Positions 29,386-42,937 of a stretch of DNA of 64,000 bases are shown here, in pieces; the first letter of the stretch is position 1; each line of letters starts with the position of its first letter. Below the pieces are notes generated by a model. The model did not search any database. It saw only the letters and a list, made by a program, of their open reading frames with translations, and was not told the DNA's origin. This stretch comes from Balanoglossus misakiensis. Its lineage: Eukaryota > Animalia > Hemichordata. Location of the stretch: NCBI GenBank assembly GCA_040954595.2, contig CM082578.2, positions 9,595,519 through 9,659,518 of the forward strand. Direction: 5' to 3'. Made by a program: the position numbers and the translations under genes.

Positions 29386-31194
29386 ATGGAGAAGACCCGT
29401 TTTGTTGTCACCACGATGGAGAATCTCTTCGGATACGCCGCCGGCAACGCGACCGCCAACGCGACCGGCCTCGGCACCAGTGTGATAAATACCACGGCCT
29501 GGGCGGAAGGCGACGGCGGCAATGATACCGACGGGGTGACGGATGTGTTCGACGGCCGCATCTCCAGCGACATCCCCGTCGGCATTGTGCTGAGCCTGCT
29601 GTCGCTGATGACGACCATCGGCAACGCCATGGTCTTGCACGCCGTGAGGACCGAGAAGCGCCTGCAGACCGTCAGCAACTATTTCATTTTAAGTCTGGCC
29701 TGCGCCGACATGCTGATCGGCCTCATCGTGATGCCGCTGAGTTGTGTCTACATCCTGGCCCACCACTGGCCGCTGGGAATAGCTGTGTGCCAGATATGGC
29801 TGTCTATCGACTACGTGTGTTGCACCGCGTCTATACTCAATCTCTTCATCCTGAGCCTCGACCGGTACTGGTCCATTACCTCGCCGTTGAAATACCTGCG
29901 GAGGCGGACGGGCAAGCGGGCCGCCATTTTGATCTCGCTGGTGTGGCTGGTGTCGTCGCTCTGGGTCATTCCCGTCGTGGGGTGGCACGAGTTCAGTCAC
30001 GGTGGCAACCGCTTGGTCAAGGATGGCCACTGTGACACGGAATTTCACAAGAACACCGTTTTCAAGGTGGTCACCGCCTCGTTTAATTTCTACATACCCA
30101 TGGTCGTCATGGTGTTCCTCTACGGCAGAATATTCCACGAGATACGGAAACGGTCCAACCTGGCCCTGGGCAGATGCTCGTACGGGCACGGCGGCACGAC
30201 GACGTCGGACGAGGCGACGTACGCGTACACGACCAAAGACTTTCGCAAATCCTCCGCGAACGAACACGATTACAATACGGAATACGACTTCGACAGTTCG
30301 AACAGTAACGAGCGCGACTCGGATGTCAACAGGTCGAGGGTGAGCGATGACCGCTCCAATTTCACGAACGTCGCCCTTCTCAGGAGACTTAAAAACATCA
30401 TCCGCACGGACAGGAATCGAACGTCGTCAAACTCGTCCATGCCACTCCATTCCCGGGAACAAATTTCAACGGTGACTCCCAGCGAGAGATTGTTGTATTC
30501 GGAGACGTGCGTCGAGGAGGACTCCCTGAGATTCGACTACACCCACTCCGGACCGAACTCTCCCAACGGAAGAATCAGTATTCTGAGACCGCCGTCAAAC
30601 CCCAACGACAGGACAATCAGCTTTGTGAGCGCGCCGATTCCGCGGAAGGAGCCCCCCGGGCCGGAGGTCATCTGGAGGAGGAGGTCGGAGGAGGAGCTGA
30701 GACCGCCCACCATCAACCACCACAACCGAGTCAACCGGGAGAGGAACAATATCCATCATCACGATGGTGCGGCAGCGCGGTCGCCGTGCCTCTCCAACTC
30801 GGGGAACCCCTCGAGGACGAAGAAACTGGACGTCCGGAGCGGCATTGTGCCCAAAAACGCCAAGAAGAACACGTTCAAGTTGGGCAAACTGGAGCACCTC
30901 CTGCGGCCGCCGCGCAAGAAGCGGTTCTCGGCGTCGCTGAACAGAGAGCGGAAGGCGGCCAAGCAGCTGGGCGTCATCATGGGGTGTTTCATCCTCTGCT
31001 GGTTGCCGTACTTCATCATGTTCTTAATCGTCACCCTTTGCAGGGACTGCGTCTCTGAAGACATTTACACTGTGGCCATCTGGTTGGGCTACGTCAATTC
31101 CACGCTCAATCCGGTTCTCTACCCCCTCTGTAATCAGAACTTCAGACGAGCGTTCAGAAGAATGTTGCATTTACAGCCCGAGAAGAAGAAATAG
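29386..31194 (+). CDS. HRH1: Histamine H1 receptor-like aminergic class A GPCR (602 aa, single coding exon; ATG at 29416 is an alternative start with better Kozak context)
   Basis: Seven hydrophobic segments. TM3 SIDYVCCTASI..DRY has Asp3.32/Tyr3.33. ECL2 CDTEF. TM5 FKVVTASFNFYIP carries the H1-type Lys5.39/Thr5.42/Asn5.46. Long ICL3. TM6 NRERKAAKQLGVIMGCFILCWLPYF and TM7 WLGYVNSTLNPVLYPLCN closely match vertebrate HRH1 as I recall it. N-terminal NxT sequons; high GC3. Confidence 0.88.
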   Translation: MEKTRFVVTTMENLFGYAAGNATANATGLGTSVINTTAWAEGDGGNDTDGVTDVFDGRISSDIPVGIVLSLLSLMTTIGNAMVLHAVRTEKRLQTVSNYFILSLACADMLIGLIVMPLSCVYILAHHWPLGIAVCQIWLSIDYVCCTASILNLFILSLDRYWSITSPLKYLRRRTGKRAAILISLVWLVSSLWVIPVVGWHEFSHGGNRLVKDGHCDTEFHKNTVFKVVTASFNFYIPMVVMVFLYGRIFHEIRKRSNLALGRCSYGHGGTTTSDEATYAYTTKDFRKSSANEHDYNTEYDFDSSNSNERDSDVNRSRVSDDRSNFTNVALLRRLKNIIRTDRNRTSSNSSMPLHSREQISTVTPSERLLYSETCVEEDSLRFDYTHSGPNSPNGRISILRPPSNPNDRTISFVSAPIPRKEPPGPEVIWRRRSEEELRPPTINHHNRVNRERNNIHHHDGAAARSPCLSNSGNPSRTKKLDVRSGIVPKNAKKNTFKLGKLEHLLRPPRKKRFSASLNRERKAAKQLGVIMGCFILCWLPYFIMFLIVTLCRDCVSEDIYTVAIWLGYVNSTLNPVLYPLCNQNFRRAFRRMLHLQPEKKK

Positions 31195-32157
31195 AGTTGT
31201 TTAGGATAGACGTTTTCAGACAATTAAATATAAGTGGCACTTCATAACAACAGGGAATTTTCCCTAGCCAGTCAGACCCGTAAGCATTCTTCTCCTCAAG
31301 GTAACGAGGATGGAATCATTGAAATGAAAACGATCTACCAACTACCTGTATAAGCTTAAATTTTAAAGGATACGTGAATTTTCTATTTGTTATTTTCATA
31401 TGTCACGGCTTACATTGGAAAGACGACGAGAAAGTGATATTGGTTCTACTCCGAATCAGTTTTCTGGTATTTTTCAAAAGAAAAAAATCGTCTACTCTTA
31501 TTCCTTTTAATTCTCGGTTTTGGATGACCATGGAAAAGGATGTATATGTACTTAATTGAAGGGTTGGAGTTTTAAAAAAACCTAACGTCCAAGTTACAGA
31601 TATTCATGAAACAGGCCCAATTGCGAAGTGTTGTGGCCATGATGAAATGTTACGAATATGCACGTGTTATTTGCATACATGTATCTGTCTGCCTGCTCAG
31701 AGCGAGAACTATCGGCCACTAGCGAACTCCACGAGACCCTGCGAGAGCAAGCGTGACCAGACAGTTTACATGGAAAGACGTTATCACGTGACACAGGAAA
31801 AAAACGCAATGAGTTAAACGGCACGACAGTTACAATTTTTGTTAAAATCTGTACTTCATTTCATACAAAGCTTGACTTGTATGACTTGGCTAGCCACGCG
31901 TTGCTACGGCAATTAACCATGTCTCGCGAGATCTCGCAACGAGCGGAAATTCATCTTAATGAGAAGGCCATTTTATGTTTTGCTGTCGGGCGATGTTAGC
32001 ATTGTTCTCGCGTGATTGTGAGGTACCGCACAGTAGAGGTGTATATGACATTCTCCTGACCAGCAATAACGAACTTCAAGTAATAAACATTTATTCGAGA
32101 GAATGGCTGGGACATGAAAACGGTTAATAAGCGTTCTTTGTCGGTTGAAGAGAGACA

Positions 32158-32361
32158 AGGGGAACCATTTGGTTTATGGGGAGGGGGTAGAGGAGTTTTG
32201 AAAAATGTGCTGCCTGTTGGAAAAACTTGTTTCTGCAGTAGCTAGAGAGAATGAAATTATAACATTTGTTAAAAAAAATACCACCATGATTCTCCAAACA
32301 GATGGTTACTTTTTATCCTTTTTCCCCAGCCCCCTCCACGGATATCAAATGGTTCATACCT
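32158..32361. mobile_element. MITE-like element downstream of the GPCR stop codon
   Basis: Imperfect TIRs of about 30 bp: AGGGGAACCATTTGGTTTATGGGGAGGGGG versus the reverse complement of CCCCCTCCACGGATATCAAATGGTTCATACCT. No coding capacity. Confidence 0.5.
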
Positions 32362-34450
32362 GCAGTCGGAGACAGGAATGATGGGATATTAATCTCAAAT
32401 GACTTTGTCGAGTTATTGTTTCTACTCAAGCCAATGCGTTCATGACGTTGGCTTTGGTGATATTTTTGAACATTTCCGTATTGTTTAGACTTCACAGACC
32501 GCTCGCTGGTTTTAAAGGCGTCTTTATTTTGTTGACGTCACCGGCCTTTTTCTCCGACGTTTTATCGGGCTGGCAAATAACACGGTCTTCTTTACAACCG
32601 GAAAACGTTTTCAAGACTGGAGAGAAAAAAGGACTGCAATAATAACTTGACTTTATACGATGTGTGCGTTGTCTATTGTGTGTGAGCAGAGAACCTTTCG
32701 ATTCAGTCGCCTCTTTGCAATTTCACATGTTTCATGTACGGTTCTGGGAGAACATTCTCCGCCGACAGTTTTTTTAATTATTGTTTTTTCACTCGTATCT
32801 CATAGATGTACTTGACAAGTAAAATAGATATTGTAATATTTGTGCATGCCTGTCGTATTTTCCTCAGGCGCCGACCACGAGGAATCCGTTGTTACACATC
32901 ACATGATGGCATTCGTTGATTGTTTGAACCTCCAGCTGCACTGACGGTTGCAGCTAGGGAGTCTTAATCACCGATGTTGCAAGACCTGCAACTTGCTTGA
33001 TATGATTTTGTGTCAACTTTTCTCGTGACATTTTACAGTCTGAGAAAGTGAGGTGGGTTTTTATATGTATATTAAAGGGGGTCTGTTATATGCCCTTATT
33101 CAAACGGGGCCTTTAAAGGACGGTCGCGTCGGTTGATGATGACATTGAACGAACAATTCAGCAGAATGTGTTTCGTATTTTTTTGGAGGAAAAGACGGCA
33201 AACGTTGTGTGTTTCCCGTGACAAGAACATCCTCCATTTTTGTTTCTGTCAACATACCGACATTTCAATATCATCGGGAGAAAATTTCGATCTTCTGCTT
33301 GACCGACGACGGTGCCACCACGAGGAACGAACCACCCAACAACCAAACTCTCCGTAACTGTTCACGCACCGAGGCCCTTTCGGTTTTGAGTTTCCGAGTA
33401 ATTAATTTTTGATGTCCTGTAAACCGAACAATGCAATTTCATCTGGTTGTTGTTGTTGTTACTGTTGTTTTTATTTACATTTGAAATCACTTCGAATCCT
33501 TTATCAGTGTATACGATGCATCTCAACTGATACGCATGAAGAATATTTTTTGTACAGACTGTTGCCTATATCCGTTTTTTTCACGTTGTAAGGTAAACAC
33601 TACCGTGTCCTTACACCTTCTCATTGTAGCAACACCTTTCCTGTGTATAGATCTCTTTTAATGTTTCATCCCTTCTCATTACCGAGAAGGATGAAGCGCG
33701 TGCGTCTCTCGAATTTGGCGTTCTCTACTACTTCAATTGTTTGTAAAAATGTACAATTACGTAATTTTATATTGATGATGAAGATGATAATGATAATAAA
33801 CCAAAAGTCTTTCTTCAATGGCTTTGAGTTGATTGGTTTTATTTCGTCATTCTTTCAATCAGAGTGGGTCCTAAACGGAGCCTTTGGAAATTAAAAACGC
33901 GCTGTCATAATTTGAAAATTATAGCGTCTACCTGGTTTCGATTTTCTCTCAGTGTAGGATGATCGGATAAGACAAAGCCGGATGTCAGCTGCAATACATA
34001 TCGGAATTAACAGTCCATCCTTCTGATGATATTATCAAAGTGAACCCCTTAACCTTACCGTCGAAGTAAGGTATGGATGCATCTCTCCCTGGACCACGTC
34101 GGCGCTTGCCTCATTACTTTATGTCATTTGTAAATTATTACGAGGGAAAACATTAAACCATGTCATATTCCTGTTATGTATTAAATAGAAGGTTGCCTCA
34201 ATCTCTCATGACAGATTGATCTCAATTAATGGAGAATCGGCCAACAAGCTTGGGGAAAAGACGCCGCTTTTTATCATGCACATGATTAGGATTCTTTCGT
34301 GATTTTACGTGAATTTGGCCGACGACGATTTAAAAGAAACCGTTGCTTTTCCTTCTAATGTTATCTTAATTCATATATTGTTCTTTCACTTTTTGTTCTT
34401 TTACTTTATATTGTGTTGTGTTAAGTTATGTTGTGTTGTGTTATGACATC

Positions 34451-34545
34451 ATGTTATGTTATGTTATGTTATGTTATGTTATGTTATGTTATGTTATGTT
34501 ATGTTATGTTATGTTATGTTATGTTATGTTATGTTATGTTATGTT
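34451..34545 (+). repeat. (ATGTT)19 pentanucleotide microsatellite with a degenerate TTGTG extension upstream
   Basis: Read directly from the sequence. Confidence 0.95.
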
Positions 34546-35474
34546 ACATGATTTAAGCTTGCCTATGGGAAAAAAACTTTTCGAATCGTGGTAAACAGGT
34601 ATGATTGAAAAGTCCTTGAGCGCAACCCTGGTGAATTACTCCCTTCAAGGCTCAGTGGCAATTCTTCGGAACATCAACACAGCATATTAATCAATCAAAC
34701 TAAACCTAGAATGTTTAAACGACTTCTACTGCGGAAATATGATGGATACTTCCTGTCAATACAAGAGCATTAATGATCTTCCATTCATCCCCGAATGCAT
34801 TTTCGAAAATTGGTCCATTTTTGCTAATGCCGCTCGCGTGTTCCCGCTGTCGGCGAGCATGACTCCGGTTATACATGCGTGGTATCTTGGACCCGCAAAT
34901 TGAGATGAAAGCGCAGCGATCCAATAGGGTTTGGTTCGTCTCACTCGACCGGTAAAATCATCGTCGCCATGCAAAAAAAATCCCGATTTATAAGATGCCA
35001 AGGACAGGGCGATTTTAATATTTAATAAAGGAAATGCGATCATTCCAACTTGTCATGATGGTTAATCATTCAGAGTTTAAAATGTAAGTTGACAAGTAAA
35101 CAGCCTAACTCAGTAGATTTATTAGCTGGATAACATTGACTGATGGGCGTTTAATAACCATTGGCTAAATGCCTGAGAGAAACCGTCGGTATTCTGCATT
35201 GCGGTATCTGGCAGCTCAAATTGTTGCACCCAACAAGACTATTCTAAGATTTCGATAGAAAAGTGTTAATAAATAGGTAAAATTGTTGATTTTCACCCGA
35301 AGACCTTAAAATGTTATTTTCCGTATTTAACAGTACATGTTACCACGTCAGATTCCGAAAACGGATAAGATTACGGGACATTAGCTTCGAAACCGGCACA
35401 AGCTTACCATAAATGGCAAAAAAGCGTATCTGAGTGTTCTAAAAACATAGGGTGGTGCTCTTTTTTCGCGTGTG

Positions 35475-35542
35475 CCACCCACTGAAAATCTGTCATTGGC
35501 TAAATCTCAATTTGCCATGTATAGGTGACTGTATACCTTTAA
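35475..35542. mobile_element. Partial copy of the same TTAA MITE family as 37801-37906
   Basis: CCACCCACTGAAAATCTG..ATTGGCTA.ATCTCAATTTGCCATG...CTGTATACCTTTAA is shared with the 37.8 kb copy. Confidence 0.55.
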
Positions 35543-37800
35543 CCAACACTTCCCATACAGCATGGTGAGTGTAATATTTTCGCCACGGGCGCTTGAGAGG
35601 ACGCGTGCGTTGCCACGGAATCATACTTTTTTTATCGTCCACCTTAATGCAATCTGAGGCAAAATGCCGCCTCGAATCATTTCCTCTTTGGAGAGAAATT
35701 AGGGAAACTCGAACTGCAATGATAAAAGAGAAGTGCGCCGAGTTGCCATTAAACTACAATGCAGAGGAAAGATTTAATCACCTTCCAAGGGAAACGCAGT
35801 AGACGGCAAGGGACTTGATAATGGTCAGCCGGCTGCAGTGATAGTTAATTGCCAGATCGCCGTGAGCTTTTTCACAAATTACTCGACGATGGTTTCAGTT
35901 GCAGGCAATGATTATTTTAGTGTCCACCATTTAAAAAAGCTTCCCGGTGTATTGCGTTGTGCCTCGCGCCAGTTTATTGGTGTGCACAGTGCAGTTGAAC
36001 TTTCTACATACATGTACATGTACTATAGAAGTGAAGTAACGTATAATAATAATAAGCTTCGCCTGGACGGCCAGCTAGATAGTAGACTAATAAACCTATA
36101 ACTGTAATCGCTGTTGTCTTTTTTTCTCAAGGTCAATCATAACACAGTTCTTCACTTCAATCAACGGTTTACTCGCGTGGATTAGCGGGCTTTGTCACGT
36201 GATTTAATTCTCAACAAGCACCTTAATTTGGATTACACACAGAACACAGTTTGCACTGTGCGTAATGGAACACTCGGTTGGTATCCATGGTTGTGCCGAT
36301 CAATTAGTGTCGCCATCGATTCATTTCCAAGACAAAGACATGACATTTACACTATCCCCGACTATATAGCCCTGAGCCAGATTTCTTTTACGGTCCACTC
36401 GGTTCACAAACGCTTGCGACAGCCTTCAACTGTAGTTCGAAAAACTTGCAATGTAACCGTGGATATGTGATCAATATAGTAGTGAGTATTAGAGAATGTC
36501 GTATTTTCTCTTTAGTCTGCTAAACGATGGGTAAATGTGACGATGCAGTCTCGATACGGGGATGTTGCATTTTCACACAATTCGATTATCACAAAAATTA
36601 GCAAAGCTGCCAGCTTTGGTACATTTTCAGCAACCTCGACACGAAGCCAGATCAACTGGATCAGCTTGCAAAGGTCACCAACTCAAGGTCACATTTCTCA
36701 CGACAGGCTTTGTCAACGTCCACTTCACAGATTTTTCAGCGTCGGAAATTTGAAGAAAAACAGCCACATTGACGTTTACAGCATAAAGACATTATAGCTG
36801 ACGATTGCCACGGAAACCAACAAACAGGTAATTTTATTGCGTGTGTTGATGAGGAACACACACACGAAAAATGGTTATTATTCGGTTTTCCGGCTGAATT
36901 CACTCCTAGAAAGGTCTTTTCAGATCCCGTCGACGAATTCATTATGATTACGGGGCATCAAACCGTTTTGATAGCTGATTATGGCGGTAAACTCGCGGTT
37001 CCTGTGACGTAGTAAACACTTCAAACTGAAATCCCAATTTCACAGTTTGCGTCATCGGCGTCGTCACCAAGGGAATACAGCCGATCGACTCAATAAATAC
37101 TGTTGATGATGACCGATATTATTTACGACTTTGCCGTGTTTCGTTTTAACTTGACACCTGGGGGTTCGCATAACGAACGCTCCTACCAAACGGCCAGACA
37201 GAATCTCCTTAAACCGGGACTGGGCCATAACTCAGATATGACCCACCCGATGAAATAATTCCTTTTTAATATCTTGTTTTACATTTTCCTGTTGATTTAT
37301 TATATTTTCCTCTAAACAGAGTGCGTCAACCGCTTTGGCGGGCATTTGCGGAGCTGTAGGGGTGGGAACTTACCGACGCTGTCGGCATTTGGGGAAATAT
37401 AAAACTAAGATATCTGTGGGAGTCGACCGTTTTGAGGTCTAATTAGCGATTCTACGCCAAGGCCCGTGTGTCGTAAATGCTCTCTGCTCATTCTTGGAGA
37501 TCAAAGGGAACCGACTTGTTCGCCGGAAAAAATATCTGACATGTCTAATGGTTCGCACATGACAGCTATGTCTTCCACATAGTGGCCACGTCATCGCGAA
37601 TCGGTCCCCCACGTGTCAAACTGAAGTCACGTGATCAGCGGGCGAGTGCGTGAGGTGAAACAATGATGGCGAAGTCGGACAGTGGAATTAAAAAGGGCAG
37701 ACCGGAGGAGTCACGCAACATTTGATTTTGGTCATTTCGGTTTCAATGCAGTGTTGGTAGAGTCATCGATGGCCGGTATTCACTTTGGAACGCGCAGGCT

Positions 37801-37906
37801 TTAAAGGTGCACGGCACCTCCACCCACTGAAAATCTGCGATTGGCTAGATCTCAATTTGCCATGGTAACTGTAGCTAAGTTTCCATCGGTGCCTGTATAC
37901 CTTTAA
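37801..37906. mobile_element. Very short TTAA-flanked MITE (non-autonomous DNA transposon, Kolobok/piggyBac-like target site)
   Basis: TTAAAGGTGCACGGCACC ... GGTGCCTGTATACCTTTAA form imperfect terminal inverted repeats with TTAA at both ends. The internal sequence is shared with 35475-35542. Confidence 0.6.
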
Positions 37907-39785
37907 TTGCTCCCAATTTGCATCGTAATAGATACTAATTATCAGCTCACTGCTCACTAATCATTCTTGATCGTTTAATAAATACATGTAGTGACGTTCA
38001 GGTACAGATCATTATTCTTTTCTCTCACAGCAGACAGAGGCTGTTAACGCAATAACATCTTAATAGCCTAGGAATTATAATTCACTGGCTACATTCATCT
38101 TTTGTTTGCTCATTCAGTGGTCTGTCTATCTGGCGTGTTATTTCTGACTGCCAGTCCGTCTGCACGCTCATTCACCTACATTTTATGTCACAATTAGTCT
38201 GTATAATAGAGCTGTATTGATTGGTTGATCAGTCACTATTTTGTTGAAACGCGTAGAAAACTTTTCTGACGCATCGAGATTTCCACGGTAGACAGCTGTG
38301 TGTAACTTTATGGCGAAATCAAATACCGAGTTTATTTGCCCCTCTTGGCATGGTTCAGTGTAAAAGTATTTTGCTGTCATCGCATGACGGTTATCTCCAA
38401 GTTCCGGGAAGTGACGATAATAAGTTGGTATATACAGACTTTAATCTTCCAAAGGAATCGTTTAATCGGGACGATTTTATTTATCAGTCGAATTAAAAGT
38501 GAAATTCAACTTCCTTTATTTTACTAACTAGTAGTGAAAAATTCGTGCATCAGTTGTTTTTTTATTAATTTGCACACCGTGACACAGACCCATCAAAGCA
38601 GAAAGAAATAAAAGATAATAGGGGACACGGCGGATCAACGGAAATTGTCATCTGGCGATAAAACTTCCAACGTTTTAAAGTTGCTCGATGACACACGATT
38701 CTAATGTGAAGGAAAGGGAAATGACACGGTAGATGCCCAATAAAACCCGAAATAATATTCGCAATTAATTGTTTTGATGTATTTGAAATAATTGAACTCT
38801 GCATGTGACCTGGCGTAACAGTTTTTTAGGTAATGCATCGTTTACTTTATTGCGATATGATGTTATTCTCTAACATTTTGGCAATGCGGATCAATGATGA
38901 ATTCAGATTCTGCCGATCGAGGTTTTTTTTTCAATTTTGATGGGGTGCACTGACAGCTGCGGCGAAGTGACATGCTTGCATAATAGGCATGGCCTACATG
39001 TCACGACAATGGCGGTAAAATGCACCGCCGAATAGACAATATCGGCACGTTTTTTGTCTGTGGAGGCTACAGTCAAATAAACAAACACACAAATGTTTCT
39101 CAGAAGAGGGTATTCAAATTTACAGAACCAGCTTCATTGGATACAGACCATGGTACAGTATCTATCTTTCACGGGGTGGTGGCAACAATAGCTTGAAGTC
39201 CGACCATGAAGTTTTTTGGAAGCAAACTTGACACACACACACACACCGACGACAATGTCAATGCGTTATTGCAAAAGACAAAATCCGGCTTGAACCAAAA
39301 CAGTGACCACATGCGCAGTAGAGATTAACCGAGCAAGGCGCACATGTAGGGGCTTCCATGCAGTCATACGCAATCTCAAATTACATGTACCACTTTTGAT
39401 TTAGTGGAAATTGCGTGAGATTCAATATTGGATTGATAATGCAATACGGAAATCTTGGAATCAATGTTGTCTCGGATATCGCGATACAAGATTCCATCAA
39501 CAGTTAAGAGCTAATTTTCCCTGAGAGCGGGGGATTTGTGGTGATTTCATCGGTTGCAATTTCCATTGGCAAAAAAACACAAGTTCTGTAGAGAGGTGCT
39601 GGGTACTGTCATGATGGCTTTACAGGATAATCTCCGCGAGTAAATTGGTTAGATTCGGAAGGGAAACATTGACTGATTACACGAGAGGTCTAAAAGGTCA
39701 CAGCTAATCTCGAAGTGTGGAATTCAAGGACATAGACCTGTCTAGTCTGCGCCTGAGAAAAAGCAAGTTCACTTTTTAGGTATGG

Positions 39786-39842
39786 GCGTGGCGCGGTCTG
39801 ATGTGGTGTGGTGCGGTGCGGTGTGATGTGATCTGGTGTGGT
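39786..39842 (+). repeat. Degenerate (TGGTG/CGGTG/TGATG)n pentamer repeat
   Basis: Read directly from the sequence. Confidence 0.6.
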
Positions 39843-42800
39843 ACTAGTACATACGGTGTGATGTCTTGTGATGTACATTACTTTGGCAACCCGGGAGAAA
39901 GGAGATCGGTGCCTCGAGACAAGGTTTTCCAGGAAAAGAAACAATAAAGCGAAAAGGCATGTATTGGACGTGTCCAATATTAAAATGGGATGATCGATAC
40001 GGTACCGGAAACTTGTCTCATTATATCTGGTTCACTGGTTATGAGCAAATAATATCTTCTGAGGATGTATTCAAAATGATGTCCCAATATACATGTAACA
40101 GGAGTACTAGGTATAGGGGAATTCAGTGACATTTTTGTAGAAATACACCCTGAAAAGATACACCCACTGTGTCTTCGGAACGAAATTTGAAAATTCGGGG
40201 GTTCGCTTTGATATTTCATCGATTCGGTGTGGTTGAACATGAGAGGAGGAAGCGGGAATCTGTTACGCAGCGGCACTTAACCCTCGCATGAAAGATTATG
40301 ACCCTGTGACCTCGCAGATAGCGGTACTTTGTCATTGTCATAACTGTCATCATTATTTTATCGTTAAGGCTGTCTCTCCAAAAAAGCTCGAATCCTGATT
40401 GCCGGAAACATCGAGGACATTTGCACTTTTTTGCTGCCTTGCGTGTGTTTTGGTGACTTTAAAACGAAGTCGACGTTCTGCAGTGCACGATATATCTACA
40501 TGCGGGAGTGACGCTGTTCACCACTTCATGCAAATCACGGCAGTTGTCGATGAAGAAAGTCGTGTGCCATATCAAACCGTGTTGGCAGGTGTTTCCCAGT
40601 GGCCAATGACGATGCCGTTTTTGGTGTCAGTGACCCGACACTTTCCTTGCTTGGTCGTGCGTACACTGAGCTCTGACTCGGTGTTGATGCACGGAATATA
40701 ACAGAATTACCATGCTGACAGCATACCTGACAAAAATGTCGCTTGATAAATAATTATGAGAACAGAATGCTGGACGATTGTACTTTTGGACATTATGTGA
40801 ACAAGGTCGTCGTCGGCACTTTGTAGTGCGCTGGAGCTGTTTAGACACGGAGCGCCAAGTGATGACTCACCTTGTTCGAGACGATTCAACCAAATATTGT
40901 CTCCGAGAAGGGCGGGCGCTGGGCTGTAACCTGGACTCGACTAGCGACTGTGCGCAATACGCAGGCGTTCAAATCGTTCAGCATTCATTGCGCTGACAGT
41001 GTATTCATTTTGGGCAGCTGTTATTTGCCATTTATTTAAATGAATTTGAATATTCGATAGAAGCTTCATCGGCTTTGGATCAGCTCTCGGGTGACGAAGA
41101 TGTTGACGTGTTTTTGTGTCTAGATGTAACTGTATATGTTGATAACACAACTGTGCTTACAGTCTGTTAATACTGGCAAAGAAAATGTGTTCTTTTTTAA
41201 TTGTAAGGTTGAAACAACCACAAATTACCAAGGTCACGTTGACATTTGTAGTGTCTATACATATTTAGGTGCGACTTTCTACTACTACTACTAGTAGTAT
41301 GTATGGTAAATGTACAAAAGCAATTGATAGGCAAATCACTCAAGCAAAGCTTGCCATGCTTAATCTTCGAGACAACGGCCCCAACTACTCAATCTTCCAG
41401 GAGATATTATGTTTGAATAATTCGATGTACATGTATTTTGTCACTCCAATAGTTTTGTATAGAGCTAAATCCGGGAAAATCAAAACACCAAGCAGAATAA
41501 TGTGTTTTACAATAATCCCTGAAAACCCTATTTTGTACTATGCACTTCAGTGCAATTATTAGATATACTCCAAATCAATCGTTATTAATTAATGGCAGCC
41601 TTGTTCTATATTTCAGGCGAAACCTTTCTTGTCTGTATGTCCATGGCCAAGTAAACGATAAGACTTATCACTGTCTCATGTGAAGATGTCACTGTCGAAC
41701 TGCGGGGAAAAAACGCGGGTGGAATCGTTACCGAGCGATCAGCGCCTAAAGTCCCTGCCTTTTAAGTATGCACGCACGGCGCTCATGAATTATCGCCGCC
41801 GTATCAGTAGCCATCTCATGAAGTTAGCTGGAAAGCGGTCGATATAACGTCGCCTGCTAAATTGAACCATTTCCTCTCTCCAGAGTACAGTCAATTTTGT
41901 CGTGTTTTTTTTCTCCTCGCAAAAATAATTCAGATGCCGCTTTCTGCTCGTTTGATGACAACCTTGACCGAGGCCTACATAAGGGATAGGTCAGTTTATT
42001 CATCGGGCGAGGGAAGGTGGACCCTCGCACCAATCCACCGACACCCCAAACTGAAGAAGCTGGCCATTCCCTAACGCAGCGACATCGGAAAAAAAAATTA
42101 AGTCTTGCTGATAGCCGGGGGTGCGGTGCTTTGTAATAAACATTTCTCTGAATAAGCTTGTGGGTTCAATAAAACACGTTTTTGTTCGATTTACCCCTCT
42201 GTTTTCTATCACTCGTTTGGGATCTTGATCCCCCTCTTTTGTTGAGGCAAATGAAATACACGGCGTAGGTCAATCCAGGATCAGCGCTCACAGTAGAGCG
42301 AGGCTGGGATGATCAGATGTGTTTTGATCAATCAACGATATAACAGAAAATTATCCCGGAAATTATGAGGATCAAGGGCAGTTTCTTTTGCGGAGCCGCC
42401 TTGTGATGAAGAAGGGGAGTTTGGCAATAATTTTCAGATTCAGGGGATGAGTAGTATATGAGGTCAGGGTCACCTTTGTAGAGTCGCTAATGAAATATCT
42501 TCAGCGCAACCTACAGGAAATATCGATTTTTTGCAAAACGTGAGTAAATGTATAAGAGGCATGGCGCCACCACGCGACACCCTCGTTCCCTCATTTCCTG
42601 ATGCGCGAGATCAAAGATAACCGAGATAGCCGCAAGCCGGGACACGAGCTCACACATTGAAGAAGTAAATGCCGACATTTTTCATTGCAAGTCCATGTAT
42701 ATCAAATATTGGTGAAATTTACAACAGTAAAAAGGTTTTATATTTACAAAAATTCTCTTCGCTTTCCCTGGTCTCGTGTGCGCGCGCGTACATAGAATTT

Positions 42801-42937
42801 GCCGGCGCGTGCTCCATCAATGCGCGCTCGATTTGTGGAACGCGCGCCGAACAACGCGAGCTTTGATCGTTGTATTCGGTTGTTCGTGACCTGGAAAGAA
42901 CAGTGGGCAAATCCCCAGTGTTTTGGTCGTGAACATT

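Noticed and set aside
29238-31064. Several antisense and alternate-frame ORFs overlapping the GPCR (e.g. 29689-30267 -, 30507-31058 +)
   Set aside because: Shadow ORFs caused by high GC3 of the real CDS; no recognisable domains.
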